Shown piece by piece: positions 19,456 to 30,278 of a DNA stretch of 64,000 bases. Position 1 is the stretch's first letter. Each line of letters starts with the position of its first letter. Source of the DNA: an uncultured Acidobacteriota bacterium. Its GTDB lineage: Bacteria; Acidobacteriota; Terriglobia; Acidiferrales; UBA7541. Below the pieces are notes generated by a model, which saw only the letters and a program-made list of their open reading frames with translations, was not told the DNA's origin and did not search any database. A program made the translations under genes and the position numbers. The DNA is taken from assembly GCA_963767225.1 (NCBI GenBank), contig CAVYDD010000007.1, positions 53,887 through 117,886 on the forward strand, read 5' to 3'.

Positions 19456-20253
19456 TCATGACGCCAGACCGTTGCTGCGGGGATAGCCGATGAGGTAGGC
19501 GATGGGGAATTCGCTGGTGAGGTTGACGCGTTCTCCCATTTCCCAGTGGTATTCGGTGGCGGATAGCTTTGCGATAATTTCGCGGAGTTCGTGCGGGCGG
19601 TAGCTGCGCAGGCAGGAGACGACTCCATCGAACAGTAGCACGAACGGAATTATGGGAAGGACGTAGGTGCAGGGCAAGCGCGACCAGCGGAAGGGACGGA
19701 TCCAGGGAGTCAACAGGAAGGGAAGAAGGGCCCAAAGAAACATGAGCGCGATGGCGGAGGGTGCGCGACGCGTGACTTCGAATATGCCGATGCCTTGATT
19801 TGCGTCTACGGCATTCTGAAGGATGGCGCGGGCTTCTTCGGGTTGAAAGTGATGGAAGGAGGTGAACATGGTGCGGAAGCCGTGCAGTTCGTGGGGGACG
19901 TCGGTGGCGTCCACCGGAGCGGAATGAAACGAGATGTGATTTTGCGATGCGGCGCTGGCGGATTGGAATGCGCCGAGGTTTGGATATTTATCGGTGAGGA
20001 GAATTCGCAGGGAGGCGTGATGGTTGCCGTGCAGGCGGCGAGAAAGTTTCAGCCAGGGGCCTCCGCCACCGGAACACATATCAATGATGCTGCTGTTGCG
20101 CGTTACGTCGAGCGAGGTTTGCAGCAGCGGGGCGACGGGCGCATAGGCACCGAAGAAATTCATAGCGGATTGCAGCGTGTCAGTGATTTGGTCGCGGAGG
20201 AATTTGGGGAACCATGATTGTTCGTGGAGTTCGATGAGATGCACGCGTCGCAT
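19456..20253 (-). CDS. class I SAM-dependent methyltransferase with C-terminal hydrophobic segment
   Basis: Motif I IIDMCSGGGGPW and overall Rossmann-fold methyltransferase pattern. Start is either ATG 20253 or TTG 20298. Family not identified. Confidence 0.6.
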   Translation of the reverse strand: MRRVHLIELHEQSWFPKFLRDQITDTLQSAMNFFGAYAPVAPLLQTSLDVTRNSSIIDMCSGGGGPWLKLSRRLHGNHHASLRILLTDKYPNLGAFQSASAASQNHISFHSAPVDATDVPHELHGFRTMFTSFHHFQPEEARAILQNAVDANQGIGIFEVTRRAPSAIALMFLWALLPFLLTPWIRPFRWSRLPCTYVLPIIPFVLLFDGVVSCLRSYRPHELREIIAKLSATEYHWEMGERVNLTSEFPIAYLIGYPRSNGLAS

Positions 20254-20367
20254 GGGAATTGGTTTGGTAGTATGCGGCAACTTTGGCGGAGGTGGCAAAT
20301 GGATTGGGCGGGGTGGAATGCGCGTAGCCAGAAGTGCCCTTCTGCCGCGGGCAGGGCTGTGCCACGG

Positions 20368-21483
20368 TTAGTACATGATGGTGCGAGTCAGGTGATGGGG
20401 CCAGTCGGTGGTGTGGTAGTGGGTCCATATGCGGGCGTCAATTTGGGGGATGATGATCTGGGCGCCGGAGGAGCGGAGCTTGTTGATTTCTTCCGTGAGC
20501 AGGGCAGTAGCGTAAATGCAGTGGGCGCGGATTTCGATTTCCTGGGTGCTGTCGCGGGGAATTAGCTGATGCGTGTTGATCGCTTTTTCCAGGGCTGGCG
20601 AATAGGAAGTGATGCCCATGAGGCGCAGACCTACGGGAACGATGTAATCGGCGAAGGCTGTCATGGAGTGAATGTCTTCGATCTGAAATTTTCCGGTTGT
20701 ATGCAGGCTGGTGTAGAGGAACCAGAGGCCGAGCTGCGGAAGTTTGTAGAGCTTGATCTGGTGGCCGTCGTAGAGGCTGACGTCGTTGAAGCGCGGGAAT
20801 TCGACTACCAGGCGGTCCACCATGCCGTTGCCATGATCGTAGAGGCGGGGCGAGCAACTGCGGATGAAATTGTGGAAGCGGCCGGCGTATTTCGCCGCGA
20901 GCACGGCGCCGGTCTGGCGCCAGAGCTCCGTTTTTTCATCGAGCATGGGGACTTCGATATTGCCTGCGAAAATCTTTTCCATTTGCGGGCGAGTTAGCTG
21001 CGCGAGGTAGTGGCCATCGAGAATGGGGATGCCCTGATCCATGGCACGCTTGATGCAGGCGAATTCGGCTTCGGAATCGGACCAGTGCTGGCCAGCGTAG
21101 TCCACTTGAAATTTTACATGGGTGGTGAAATCGGTGAAGGCGGTGTCTACCACGTCCGCGACCATGATGAAATCAATGATTTCGTCGGGGTTGTTCTGGC
21201 CGACGCCGAGGGGCAGGTGGTATTCGGGCATGGGGAGTTCTTCGTAGGCCATCCAGCTGGCGACTTCGACTAATTTTTCGACGTTGCTGTGGACGTCGCG
21301 CGAATTTTCGATTACCGGGGGAAGGCTATCGAGAACGGGACTGCCGATGGGGTTGGGCCAGCGCACCTTTTCACGTGATGCAGTGGAGGCGGCAGCTGGC
21401 CGGAGGCTTTCGCCTCCGGCCGCCGCCGCAATCATGGAGCTGGTTGCGGTTTGTAAAAACTGCCTACGTCCCAGGGGCCCCAA
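20368..21483 (-). CDS. Qng1/DUF2419 queuosine-salvage family protein homolog with twin-arginine (Tat) signal peptide
   Basis: Strong collinear similarity to the human QNG1/DUF2419 family across the protein (ENSRDV..., ...DTAFTDF..., MDQGIPILDGHYLAQLT..., LVVEFPRFNDVSLYDGHQIKLYK..., FADYIVPVGLRLMGITSYSPALE...QEIEIRAHCIYATALL). N-terminus GPLGRRQFLQTATSSMIAAAAGG is a Tat motif. Start set at TTG 21483, 6 nt after the TonB-dependent receptor (TBDR) stop, because the longer ORF (to 21612) would overlap the TBDR gene. Confidence 0.75.
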   Translation of the reverse strand: MGPLGRRQFLQTATSSMIAAAAGGESLRPAAASTASREKVRWPNPIGSPVLDSLPPVIENSRDVHSNVEKLVEVASWMAYEELPMPEYHLPLGVGQNNPDEIIDFIMVADVVDTAFTDFTTHVKFQVDYAGQHWSDSEAEFACIKRAMDQGIPILDGHYLAQLTRPQMEKIFAGNIEVPMLDEKTELWRQTGAVLAAKYAGRFHNFIRSCSPRLYDHGNGMVDRLVVEFPRFNDVSLYDGHQIKLYKLPQLGLWFLYTSLHTTGKFQIEDIHSMTAFADYIVPVGLRLMGITSYSPALEKAINTHQLIPRDSTQEIEIRAHCIYATALLTEEINKLRSSGAQIIIPQIDARIWTHYHTTDWPHHLTRTIMY

Positions 21484-21488
21484 GATCG

Positions 21489-24400
21489 TCAGAATACGAA
21501 CTTGACGCCTGCTTGGAACGCGAACGGAGTGCTGCCCGGCGCAATCTGTGTGATCGCGCGGAAGCCGTTTTGCCCGATGCGTGGCATGGTGGCGGCGGTG
21601 AGCGGGTCGCAAGTCTGTCCGGCTGGGCCCGTCACCGAACCAGTACCGCCAACCGGTGGGGCAGGCGTGAAGTTCGGAGTGCAGCCGGTCAGTGAGATCG
21701 TGGCCGTATTTGGGTTGTTCGGATTCGAGTAGAGATTACCGTGATTGGTGAGGTTGAAGAAATCACCGGACAATATCACGTTCAAGCGATCATGTACGTG
21801 GAGGGTCTTTTGTAACCGCGCGTCCCATTCGAAATAACTCGGCTGGTCAAATGGGTAACGCCCCAAGAGAACCGTCTTACCGCCGGCGGTAGTGAAGGTC
21901 GGTCGGTCGTTATTGTGAGAGAGGTCGGAAACCTCGTCGCCGTTGAGGTCTTGGAGGATGTAGAGCGGAAATGGCACGCCGGAGTGAGCGATTACGCTAG
22001 AGCTGACTTCAAAGCCCCAGGGCAACTCGTACACGCCAGCGGCCTTGAATTGATTGGTGATGTCTAGACCGTTGCGGCCGTAGTCAATCGCCAGGTTGAT
22101 GGGATCCTGCTGCCCGAAATACGTATCGGTATCGCGCTCGCTGGCGGCGTTGTCTTTGTTCTGCGACCAGATGTAATTGGCGAACAACTGGAAATGATTA
22201 GAGAAGCGCTTGGTGAGGTTAACAACCAGCGACTGATAGTTGCCATGACTAAAACTGGCTGTTTCATTGTTTGAAGTGGGCAACGTCGGGTCGAGCTGCG
22301 TGGGAAATTGGGTCTTCAGCACGCCGCCCTGGTAAACAGCAGTGTCTTGGAGGATCGATCGCCCGAACGGGTCGGTTCCAGTGATGATGTAATTCCGCTG
22401 CCAGGCTTCCTCTGAGTCGTAACCGCCGGTCCGCAGATGCGTGGAGTGCACGTAGGAGTAAGTAGCCGTCAACTGCAGGTTATACGGCAGCGCTTGCTCG
22501 ATCCCGCCTGTAAAGCTGGAGACGCGCGGATTCTGAAACGCGGGATCGATGTATCCGCCTCCCGATGTGGAGGCCGGGCATCCATAAATCGTGCCGCTAA
22601 CCGGATCAGGCGTAGTGCAAAGCTGGTTGACGGCTAGACTGGTCGAGTTGGGGTTGAGATAGGGAAAGCCAGCCAGCCCGTTGTTCGGAGCCGCGCAGCC
22701 ACCGATGCAGTGGGTGAGGTTACCAGCCCCGGCAGTCGGGAGGAATATCCCAACGGTCAGCGCGTAATAGAGACCCCAAGCAGCGCGGACAACCGTTGGA
22801 TGAGACCCTTGTCTAACGTTCCAGGCCATGCCGATACGCGGGCCCCATTGATTAAAGTCACCGGGAACGCGCTGTGGCACGGGGGCCTCATGCGATCCTG
22901 CACCCTGACCGACCAGGACGGTGCTTCCCCACATCGGAGTCTGCGGCTGCGGGTTCCACGTGCCGTCCCAGCGGAGTCCGTAAGTCACGGTGAGGTTTCG
23001 GGTCAACTGCCATTTATCCTGCCAGTAGAGGCCCAGGTCGGTCTGGTAATTGGGGAAAAGAGTTGTAGCCGGACCCAAGAACGAGAGCGGTTTTCCATTC
23101 AGAGCGACGCCTTGACTGAGAGCTCCTGCACCCGCCGCTCCGGATTGAAAGCTACCAATATCGAAGAAATCGTACTCACCGGCACCCCAGCCGACGAAGG
23201 AATCTTTGCGATCTTCGAAGGTGACCGAATCTCCGCCGAATTTCATATCGTGTTTGCCAAACGAATAATTGAAGTTGTCCGCCGCTTCGAACTTACCGTC
23301 CTGGTTGTTAATGGGCAGGTAGTAGCGTTGGCCGATGCCATAATTAAAGGCGCTGCCGATGGCCAAGTTCGGGAAGCTGGAATCGGAAATCGAAAGTCCG
23401 GGCGAATCACTGTTAGCGTGGCGCTCGCGAACCTCATCTGAAAGGCTGATGCGAACTTCGTTCACCTTGCGGCCCAGCACGCTGTTCAAGCCGAAAACAA
23501 TGGCTCCGCCTTTGTTGGTGAAGTCCTCGGTATTGTCGAAGGCCTGAGGAATTTCATTCTGACCCTGAGCGCCGCTAAACCCGTTGGTATGGTTACGGGT
23601 GAAGTAGCTGCGCACGCTGAAGTGGTTTGCGGGGCTGAATTGATAGTCGTAGTGTCCCAGGATCGTGAACAGATTCTGGAACTGGTTGCTGGCGCCTTGG
23701 AATCCGGCTATCGAGGACTTGCCATAGCAGTCCATCAGCACACTTTCCCCGACAGTCGGGGAGGTTCCGCAGCCTGGCGGCAACGTAGTGCCGGCCGAAA
23801 CAAGGCTGGGCAGCGGTACTTGGCCTGGCGTAACCCCATTGCCTGGATTGCAAAAACCCGGGACGCAGTTCGCAAATACGGGCCCCGTAATCAGTGGGAG
23901 CTCTGCGAGGCAGGCCGCTTGTCCTGCACCCGGCGAACAGAACTGAGTAACCAGCGGGCCGTTCTGCAATTGAGCATCAGTTGCGATGAACAGGAATTGG
24001 CGGTCTTTGTGAATGGGGAAACCGACGGAACCGCCGAACTGGTTTTGGGTTGCGATGTTGGGTGGTTCGCCGACAGCGTCATTCGCCGTGAAATCGCTGC
24101 CGCGATAGTAGTCGTGCGCTTCGCCGTGCCACTGGTTGGTGCCGGATTTGGTGACCACGTTGACCAAACCACCGGTCGCGCGTCCGAATTCCGGAGCAAA
24201 GCCGTTGGTGACCACCTGGAATTCCTGCACGGCCTCGAGAGGAACCGTGAAATTCTTGGTTTCGAGCGATCCGAAAATTTCACCGAAGTAGTTGTTAAAG
24301 GTGTCCTGCCCGTCAACGACGATGCCGAGGTAGTCGCTTTGCTGGCCGCCCAGGCGGATGCCGCCACGCAAGCCGGGAACGACTTGCGCCGAGGAACTCA

Positions 24401-24901
24401 GTTGCGCCAAGTCACGATAATCGCGGCCGGAGAGCGGGAGGGTTTCCAGGTCTTTTTGGTTGATGACCTGGTTGATGCCGGCGGTGGAGGTGTCGATGGG
24501 TCCAGCCTCCAAGGCGGACACCGTGACGGTTTGCGTCTGACCCTTAACGGGGAGGGTGATGTCGAGAGCAAGACTGGCGCCAATGTCCACAACCAGGTCC
24601 GTAACAATGGTAGAGGCGAAGCCTTCTGCCTCTGCCTGGACCTTGTACGTGCCCGGCAGTAACTGAGCAAAATCGTACAAGCCGCTGACGTCGGTGGTGA
24701 GTTCGCGCTTATAGCCGGTGGAAGGATTGGAGATGGTTACCTTGGCGCCCGCCACGATGGAGTGCGAGGTATCATAAACGAAGCCGCGGATTTCGCCGCG
24801 CTCGACGGATTGCGCAGGCGCGCCGGGAGCAGCGCAGAGAAGACTCGCGAGCGAAAAGACAACGGCCACTGCTGCCAGAAACACATTCTTCACCATTTTC
24901 A
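21489..24901 (-). CDS. TonB-dependent outer-membrane receptor with N-terminal carboxypeptidase-regulatory-like domain (Acidobacteria type)
   Basis: Start at MKMVKNV (ATG 24901) with RBS AGGGAGAG. Signal peptide, CarbopepD_reg-like region (GFVYDTSHSIVAGAKVTISNPSTGYKRELTTDVSGLYDF...PGTYKV), plug region, long beta-barrel, and C-terminal ...AGVKFVF. Confidence 0.85.
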
Positions 24902-24981
24902 TTGTTACTCTCCCTCTGGGTGTGGAGCTATCGATCGCGAGATTTGATTGGCCCGAACGAGCGAACGTTTTGTTTTTCATT

Positions 24982-26127
24982 TTATTTACCCGCCAGACGC
25001 GAATTCAGGAGCTGTAGAAATTTGTCAGCGTTGACGCCGGTGCAGACCTGGACGTTGGGCTCAACGTGGTCCACCCCCTCGATAATGTAGCGATTGCCGT
25101 GCAGCACGTTGCGTTCGACGCTGTCGTGGCGATTGGCGACGGTCTCGCCGCGAGTAAACTCACCGCGAGATTCGACGTCCACGTGCATCGCTTGCGTCGA
25201 GACGATGGATGGATCGACCGCAGTGCCGACGGCAAGCGGGTCGTACATCGGCGAACCTCCGCCCGCACCGTATTTGGCTTCCTGACCGATCAGGAAAGTG
25301 AGGACCTTTACGGCGAAGTCGTTTTCGGGGCCGTGGGTTTTCGCAAGCTGATCGAGATGGGCCTGATCGAACAGAGTTTTGTCGCCGACATCGAGACCGA
25401 CCATCGTTAAGCGCCAGCCGGCCTGGAAGACGATCTGCGCGGCTTCGGGATCGTTGTAGATGTTGGCTTCGGCGGAGGCGTTGACGTTGCCACCGGAAAT
25501 CGAGCCGCCCATGATCACGACTTCCTTCACCAGCGGAACAATGGAGGGGTCCTTCAACAGAGCGAGGGCGATATTGGTGAGCGGGCCGACCGGCACCAGG
25601 GTGATCTCGTGCGGCGACTGGTGAATCATTTGAATGATAAGGTCGGGACCGAAGCGCGGATCGGCTTTGCATTTGCTGGCGGGCAGCTCCACGTTCGCCA
25701 GGCCGTTCGCGCCGTGCCAGAGTTCGGCGGTGATCAATTTCTGAAACAGCGGATGCTGGGCACCGCCGGCGATGGCGATGTCGCAGCGATTGGCGAGCGA
25801 TGCAAGCTTCAGAGCGTTTTCCAGGCCTTGCTGCGCGGTCACATTGCCGGGGACGACGGTGAGAGCGCGCACATCCAGTTCCGGCGAATTCAGGGCGAGG
25901 AGAATGGCGAGCGCGTCGTCGGTTCCGGGGTCGGTATCAATGATAACTTTTTTGGGAGCTGCGGGTGGATTCGCAGCGGCAGAGCGTGCATTTTCAGCCG
26001 CGCGCGTGGCGGGAGCGCCACTGAAGGTGGCGGCAGCTACGACGAGCACTGTGAACGCAGCAAAGACCCCGCCATGCGATGCTGCGACGCGCGTGGGAGT
26101 GTTTGTCCGCGTGACGGCTGATCGCAA
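24982..26127 (-). CDS. inosine-uridine-preferring nucleoside hydrolase family protein, secreted
   Basis: Classic VIIDTDPGTDDALAILLAL N-terminal motif, preceded by a signal peptide (MRSAVTRTN...VFAAFTVLVVAAATFSGAPA). Probable TTG start at 26127; the ORF track allows up to 26277. Confidence 0.8.
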   Translation of the reverse strand: MRSAVTRTNTPTRVAASHGGVFAAFTVLVVAAATFSGAPATRAAENARSAAANPPAAPKKVIIDTDPGTDDALAILLALNSPELDVRALTVVPGNVTAQQGLENALKLASLANRCDIAIAGGAQHPLFQKLITAELWHGANGLANVELPASKCKADPRFGPDLIIQMIHQSPHEITLVPVGPLTNIALALLKDPSIVPLVKEVVIMGGSISGGNVNASAEANIYNDPEAAQIVFQAGWRLTMVGLDVGDKTLFDQAHLDQLAKTHGPENDFAVKVLTFLIGQEAKYGAGGGSPMYDPLAVGTAVDPSIVSTQAMHVDVESRGEFTRGETVANRHDSVERNVLHGNRYIIEGVDHVEPNVQVCTGVNADKFLQLLNSRLAGK

Positions 26128-26494
26128 TTTCTTACGCGCACCACGAGAGCGGAGCGAAAATTCTGCGCTCACAAAGTGCACGAACTGCGGACTAATTATG
26201 GGAATCACTTCCGGACAAGGGCCCCCCAGCCCAAAGAATGGAAGCAGGCTATCCTTGGGTACGCGTGGAGTCAACACGAAACTGATTGCGAGCGAAGGTT
26301 TTCCACAGACCTCGAATGCGTTCCATAAAAGAACAGCGCTGCAGGAGATCGGCGAAAAGCATTACAGGAATGTGAACGAGTTGGCGATGAGTTGCTACCC
26401 TCGCGGAGAGATTCAGAGTCAAACCTGGGGAAGGCGCCGTAACGGCGCGTGACGTGGTACGGGGATTGGGTGTGCTGTTAGAATCTGTTCGGCA

Positions 26495-28393
26495 ATGAGA
26501 CAACAACGAAAACTTCTTCGGGCGCTCCCGCTGATTTCTATTTCTATCTTTGTTATGGCGACTGCGGATGTGTCCGGAGCGTTGCTGGGACCATCGGCGC
26601 GGGCGGCATATCAAAAGATGATAGAGCCACACGAGCAGCAGGCTGCGCATCCGCCCGCGCATGGGGAAACCGCGGCGGCGGAACCAGACGACACGGTGAA
26701 GCTGCGCCACCGCAGCGAGATCAGCAATCCTTATCATGTGGAATTTCGCGACGTGACCAGCGCGGCAGGAATTCATTTTCATCACGAGCGCGCGTCGTCG
26801 CCGCAGCGGCTGTACCCGGAGACGATGGGAGCTGGGGTCGGGTGGATTGATTACAACCAGGACGGATATCTGGACGCGATTTTTGTGAACAGCGGTTACA
26901 CGCCGTATTATCGCCCGCTGGTGCCGCCGCAGCCGGCGCTGTATCGCAACAATCGCGATGGAACGTTTACGGACGTGACCGAACAGAGCAAGATCCGCAG
27001 CGACGGGACATTTTATTTCGGCGTGGCTGTGGGCGATTACGATAACGACGGGTTTCCAGACATTTATATGACCGGTTACCGGCATTCGGTGCTGCTGCAC
27101 AACAACGGCGACGGAACGTTTACGGATGTGACCGCGAAGGCCGGAGTGGGCGACGAGGGAAACTGGGGCACGGCCGCGGGATGGTTCGATTACGATCACG
27201 ACGGCAAGCTGGATCTGCTGGTGACGAATTACGTGCAGTACGACGTGGACCATCCGGTGCTGTGCGGTGATGTACGTCCGGGCTTCACGGGCGTTCCGCA
27301 GACCAGCGCGTACTGCCATCCGGATAGTTTTCACGGGAGTTCGGCGAAGCTGTATCACAACAATGGCGATGGGACGTTTACGGACGTCACCGAGAAAGCA
27401 GGGTTGCTGAACACGGATGGGAAAAGTCTGGCGGTGGTGCTGGCAGATCTGAACGGAGACGGTTGGACTGATATCTTTATTGCGAACGACACACAGCGGA
27501 ACTTTTTGTACCTCAATAATGGTGACGGCACGTTTCGTGACGCGACTTTTAAATCGGGCGCGGGATTCAGCGAAGATGGGCGTTCGGAAGCGGGAATGAG
27601 CGCCGACGCAGGGGACGTGATGAACAACGGGCTGATGTATCTGTTCGTGAGCCACCTGGATTTCGAGCTAAATCGCATGTACCGGAATAATGGGGATGGG
27701 ACGTTCACGGATTACACTGTTGCCTCGGGGATCGGGCAGACGAATATTTTGCGGAGCGCGTTCGGCGCGCGATTTTTCGATTTTGATAATGATGGCTGGC
27801 GGGACCTGCTGGTGATCAACGGACATATTTTGGACAACATTCCGCTGTATCACCCGGAAGTGAAGTACGAAGAAGAAAAGATGCTGTACCGCAATCGCGG
27901 CGACGGGAATTTCGTGGATGCTACACGAACTGAGGGGGCGGATTTTCGCAAGCCACGCGTGGGACGAGGTCTCGCGGTAGGAGATTACGACAACGACGGG
28001 TGGCAGGATTTTCTGGTGAGCAATAATGGGGAGGATGCGCAGCTCTTCCGCAATGAGGGCGGAAGTTCTCCCGCGGCGCAGGAGAATCATTGGATCGCGG
28101 TGCGATTGATTGGCGTGAAATCGAATCGCGACGGCATCGGAGCTTCGTTGAAGTTGACGGCGGGAGATTTGAAGAGCTACGACCAGGCGAAGGGTGGAAT
28201 GAGTTATTGCTCGGCGCAGGATCCGCGAATTTATTTTGGCCTGGGGAAACACGAGAAGGTGGATTCGATTTTGATTCGGTGGCCTAGCGGGTACGTGCAG
28301 GAGCTGAAGGACATTCCTGCGGATATGATCGTTACCGTAACGGAAGGCGTAGACGCGAAAGCTGTGAAGTACAGACCCCCGCCGCAGAGATAG
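26495..28393 (+). CDS. ASPIC/UnbV domain protein with FG-GAP/VCBS repeats (CRTAC1 family), secreted
   Basis: 632 aa with signal peptide, eight or more DxDGDGxxD FG-GAP-type repeats, and the C-terminal UnbV_ASPIC signature (GVKSNRDGIGASLKLTAGD...IRWPSGYVQEL). Confidence 0.85.
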   Translation: MRQQRKLLRALPLISISIFVMATADVSGALLGPSARAAYQKMIEPHEQQAAHPPAHGETAAAEPDDTVKLRHRSEISNPYHVEFRDVTSAAGIHFHHERASSPQRLYPETMGAGVGWIDYNQDGYLDAIFVNSGYTPYYRPLVPPQPALYRNNRDGTFTDVTEQSKIRSDGTFYFGVAVGDYDNDGFPDIYMTGYRHSVLLHNNGDGTFTDVTAKAGVGDEGNWGTAAGWFDYDHDGKLDLLVTNYVQYDVDHPVLCGDVRPGFTGVPQTSAYCHPDSFHGSSAKLYHNNGDGTFTDVTEKAGLLNTDGKSLAVVLADLNGDGWTDIFIANDTQRNFLYLNNGDGTFRDATFKSGAGFSEDGRSEAGMSADAGDVMNNGLMYLFVSHLDFELNRMYRNNGDGTFTDYTVASGIGQTNILRSAFGARFFDFDNDGWRDLLVINGHILDNIPLYHPEVKYEEEKMLYRNRGDGNFVDATRTEGADFRKPRVGRGLAVGDYDNDGWQDFLVSNNGEDAQLFRNEGGSSPAAQENHWIAVRLIGVKSNRDGIGASLKLTAGDLKSYDQAKGGMSYCSAQDPRIYFGLGKHEKVDSILIRWPSGYVQELKDIPADMIVTVTEGVDAKAVKYRPPPQR

Positions 28394-28448
28394 TTTTATC
28401 CATGCGTTGCAAGCAAGCGCTCAGATTCGCGGGATGGGTGTGTTTTGC

Positions 28449-28949
28449 TTACGTTTGCAGGAAGCCGGTGGCGATGATGTCGTTGCCGCGGCGCTCGAGG
28501 ACTAGTTGCGGGAGGGGTTTGGGCGGAGGGCCGTCCAGGACTGCACCGTTGGCGGCGGAGAATATGCCGCCGTGGCAGGGGCAGGTGAAGATGTTGGCTT
28601 CGGGGCGATAGAAGACCGGGCAGCTGTGATGGGTGCAGAGGCGGCTGAAAGCGATGTAGGTTTCTGTGGCGGGACGCAGCAGGAAGCAGGGGCGATCGTC
28701 GGCGGGATAGGTGAAGATTTTCGAGCCACCCACTGGGATTTCGTTGGCTTGGGCGATTATTTTTTTTGGGTGGCCGGGTTTGTGTTTTTCCCAGTAGGCT
28801 GCGAGCGCGCCGGCCAGGGCTAAGGCGCTGGCGACGCCGAACCATTTGTTGAAGCCGCGGCGGCTGACCGTGGGAGCTTCTTCTTTTTGCAGCCGCTCGA
28901 AATCTGTTTCGTTAATGGTGGGCTCCTTCAAGTTTTTGGCGCGCGGCAA
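28449..28949 (-). CDS. Rieske [2Fe-2S] domain protein with Tat signal (orphan)
   Basis: Two cluster-binding boxes, CTHHSC and CPCHGG, 17 residues apart. N-terminal SRRGFNKWFGVASALALAGA Tat-type signal/anchor. Confidence 0.8.
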   Translation of the reverse strand: MPRAKNLKEPTINETDFERLQKEEAPTVSRRGFNKWFGVASALALAGALAAYWEKHKPGHPKKIIAQANEIPVGGSKIFTYPADDRPCFLLRPATETYIAFSRLCTHHSCPVFYRPEANIFTCPCHGGIFSAANGAVLDGPPPKPLPQLVLERRGNDIIATGFLQT

Positions 28950-28967
28950 GATTGTCTATGCTACGCA

Positions 28968-30167
28968 TCACGAAGCTAGATGGCCCAGCTGTAGGCGCGT
29001 TTGCAGGACGTGCAGGATGCTGTCGCGCGCGATCATGCCCACGATGGCGCCGTCTGCTACTACTGGCATTTGGTTAATGTCTTCGGTTTGCATGCGCTGC
29101 AGGACGCCTAGCGCAGGCTCGTCGGGCGTGGCGCAGTGCGCGCGGTCGAAGGGCATCATCACGGCTTGGATGGAAGTGTTGGCCCACTCGTCGCGGGGTA
29201 GGGCGCGCGCGGAAGCCAGAGTGACCAGGCCGACGGGGCGGCCGGCGCCAGTTACGATGTGGCAACGGCGACCCGTGCGCAGAACTTCGTGAACGTAATC
29301 ATCCACGGAGATGTTGCGCTCGACCGTGGGCACGTCCTGAGTCATGATGTCGCCGGCGCGGACGCCTGTGAGCGTGTTGCGGACAGCGACCTGCGTATAG
29401 CTTTCGCGCGCGGCGCTCAGCAGGAACCAGCCGATGAAGGCGGTCCAGATGCCGTTGACCAGGCTGCCGTGGAATGCCCACCACACCCCGATAAAAATCA
29501 TTAGGTAGGCGAAGAAGCGCCCGGCGTAGGAGGCGATTTTTGTGGCGCGGGTGAAATCGCCAGTGACGCCCCAGGCGATGCTGCGCAGGACGCGGCCACC
29601 GTCGAGCGGAAATCCGGGAATGAGATTGAAGACAGCGAGCATTACGTTGATTTCCCAGAGCCATGTGCAGGAGGCGACTACCAGTTCGTTGCCATGGAAA
29701 TAATGACTGACCAGCCAGAAGCAGCCGCCGAGGAACAGGCTGGAAACTGGGCCGGCGATGGCGATATTGAATTCCTGCAGGGCGCTGGAAGGATCGCGCG
29801 AGATGCTGGAGAGGCCGCCGAAGACGTAGAGCGTGATGGACTGCACCGGAATTTTGTAGCGGCGGGCGACGATGCTGTGGCTGATTTCGTGGAAAAGCAG
29901 CGAGCCGAAGAAGAGAACACTGGTGATGATGCCGAGCGCCCAGCGCTGTTGCGCGGACCACGCGGGATGCAGGGAGGTGAACTGCTGTCCGAGTGAGACC
30001 GTGATCAGCAGGAAGATGATTAGCCAGCTGGAGTGGAGGTACACGGGAATGCCGAAGATGCGGAAGAGTTGAAAGCCGCCGGAAAGCTGGCCGGGGCGGG
30101 TGCGATTGCTGGCGTCGGAGGGCGGGGCGCCTCGGCGTTCTTGGTCGGGAGTGGGTGTGGTGGCCAT
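28968..30167 (-). CDS. M50-family site-2 protease with tandem CBS domains
   Basis: HEISHSIVARR (HExxH) within TM helices, a second metal-ligand region (LAVFNLIPGFPLDGGRV), and a C-terminal CBS pair. Confidence 0.85.
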   Translation of the reverse strand: MATTPTPDQERRGAPPSDASNRTRPGQLSGGFQLFRIFGIPVYLHSSWLIIFLLITVSLGQQFTSLHPAWSAQQRWALGIITSVLFFGSLLFHEISHSIVARRYKIPVQSITLYVFGGLSSISRDPSSALQEFNIAIAGPVSSLFLGGCFWLVSHYFHGNELVVASCTWLWEINVMLAVFNLIPGFPLDGGRVLRSIAWGVTGDFTRATKIASYAGRFFAYLMIFIGVWWAFHGSLVNGIWTAFIGWFLLSAARESYTQVAVRNTLTGVRAGDIMTQDVPTVERNISVDDYVHEVLRTGRRCHIVTGAGRPVGLVTLASARALPRDEWANTSIQAVMMPFDRAHCATPDEPALGVLQRMQTEDINQMPVVADGAIVGMIARDSILHVLQTRLQLGHLAS

Positions 30168-30278
30168 GGGATTCGTATGTGTACGAAGCAGATTCTAGCA
30201 GAGGTCGGGTGGTTGCGCGTGATTGGACGTTGCAGGTGATGGATCGCGTCCCAGCTCGAAATTTCCGTCGTATCGAAA

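Noticed and set aside
21484-21612. Longer start (21612) for the Qng1-like gene
   Set aside because: It would overlap the TBDR gene by 124 nt. The Tat motif begins only after the TBDR stop, so TTG 21483 just downstream of the stop is preferred.
26278-26494. 5' leader of the hydrolase-TBDR-Qng1 operon scanned for a preQ1/queuosine riboswitch
   Set aside because: No recognisable preQ1-I or preQ1-II consensus elements (no A-rich tail or conserved hairpin) were found by eye. It cannot be excluded without a covariance-model search.
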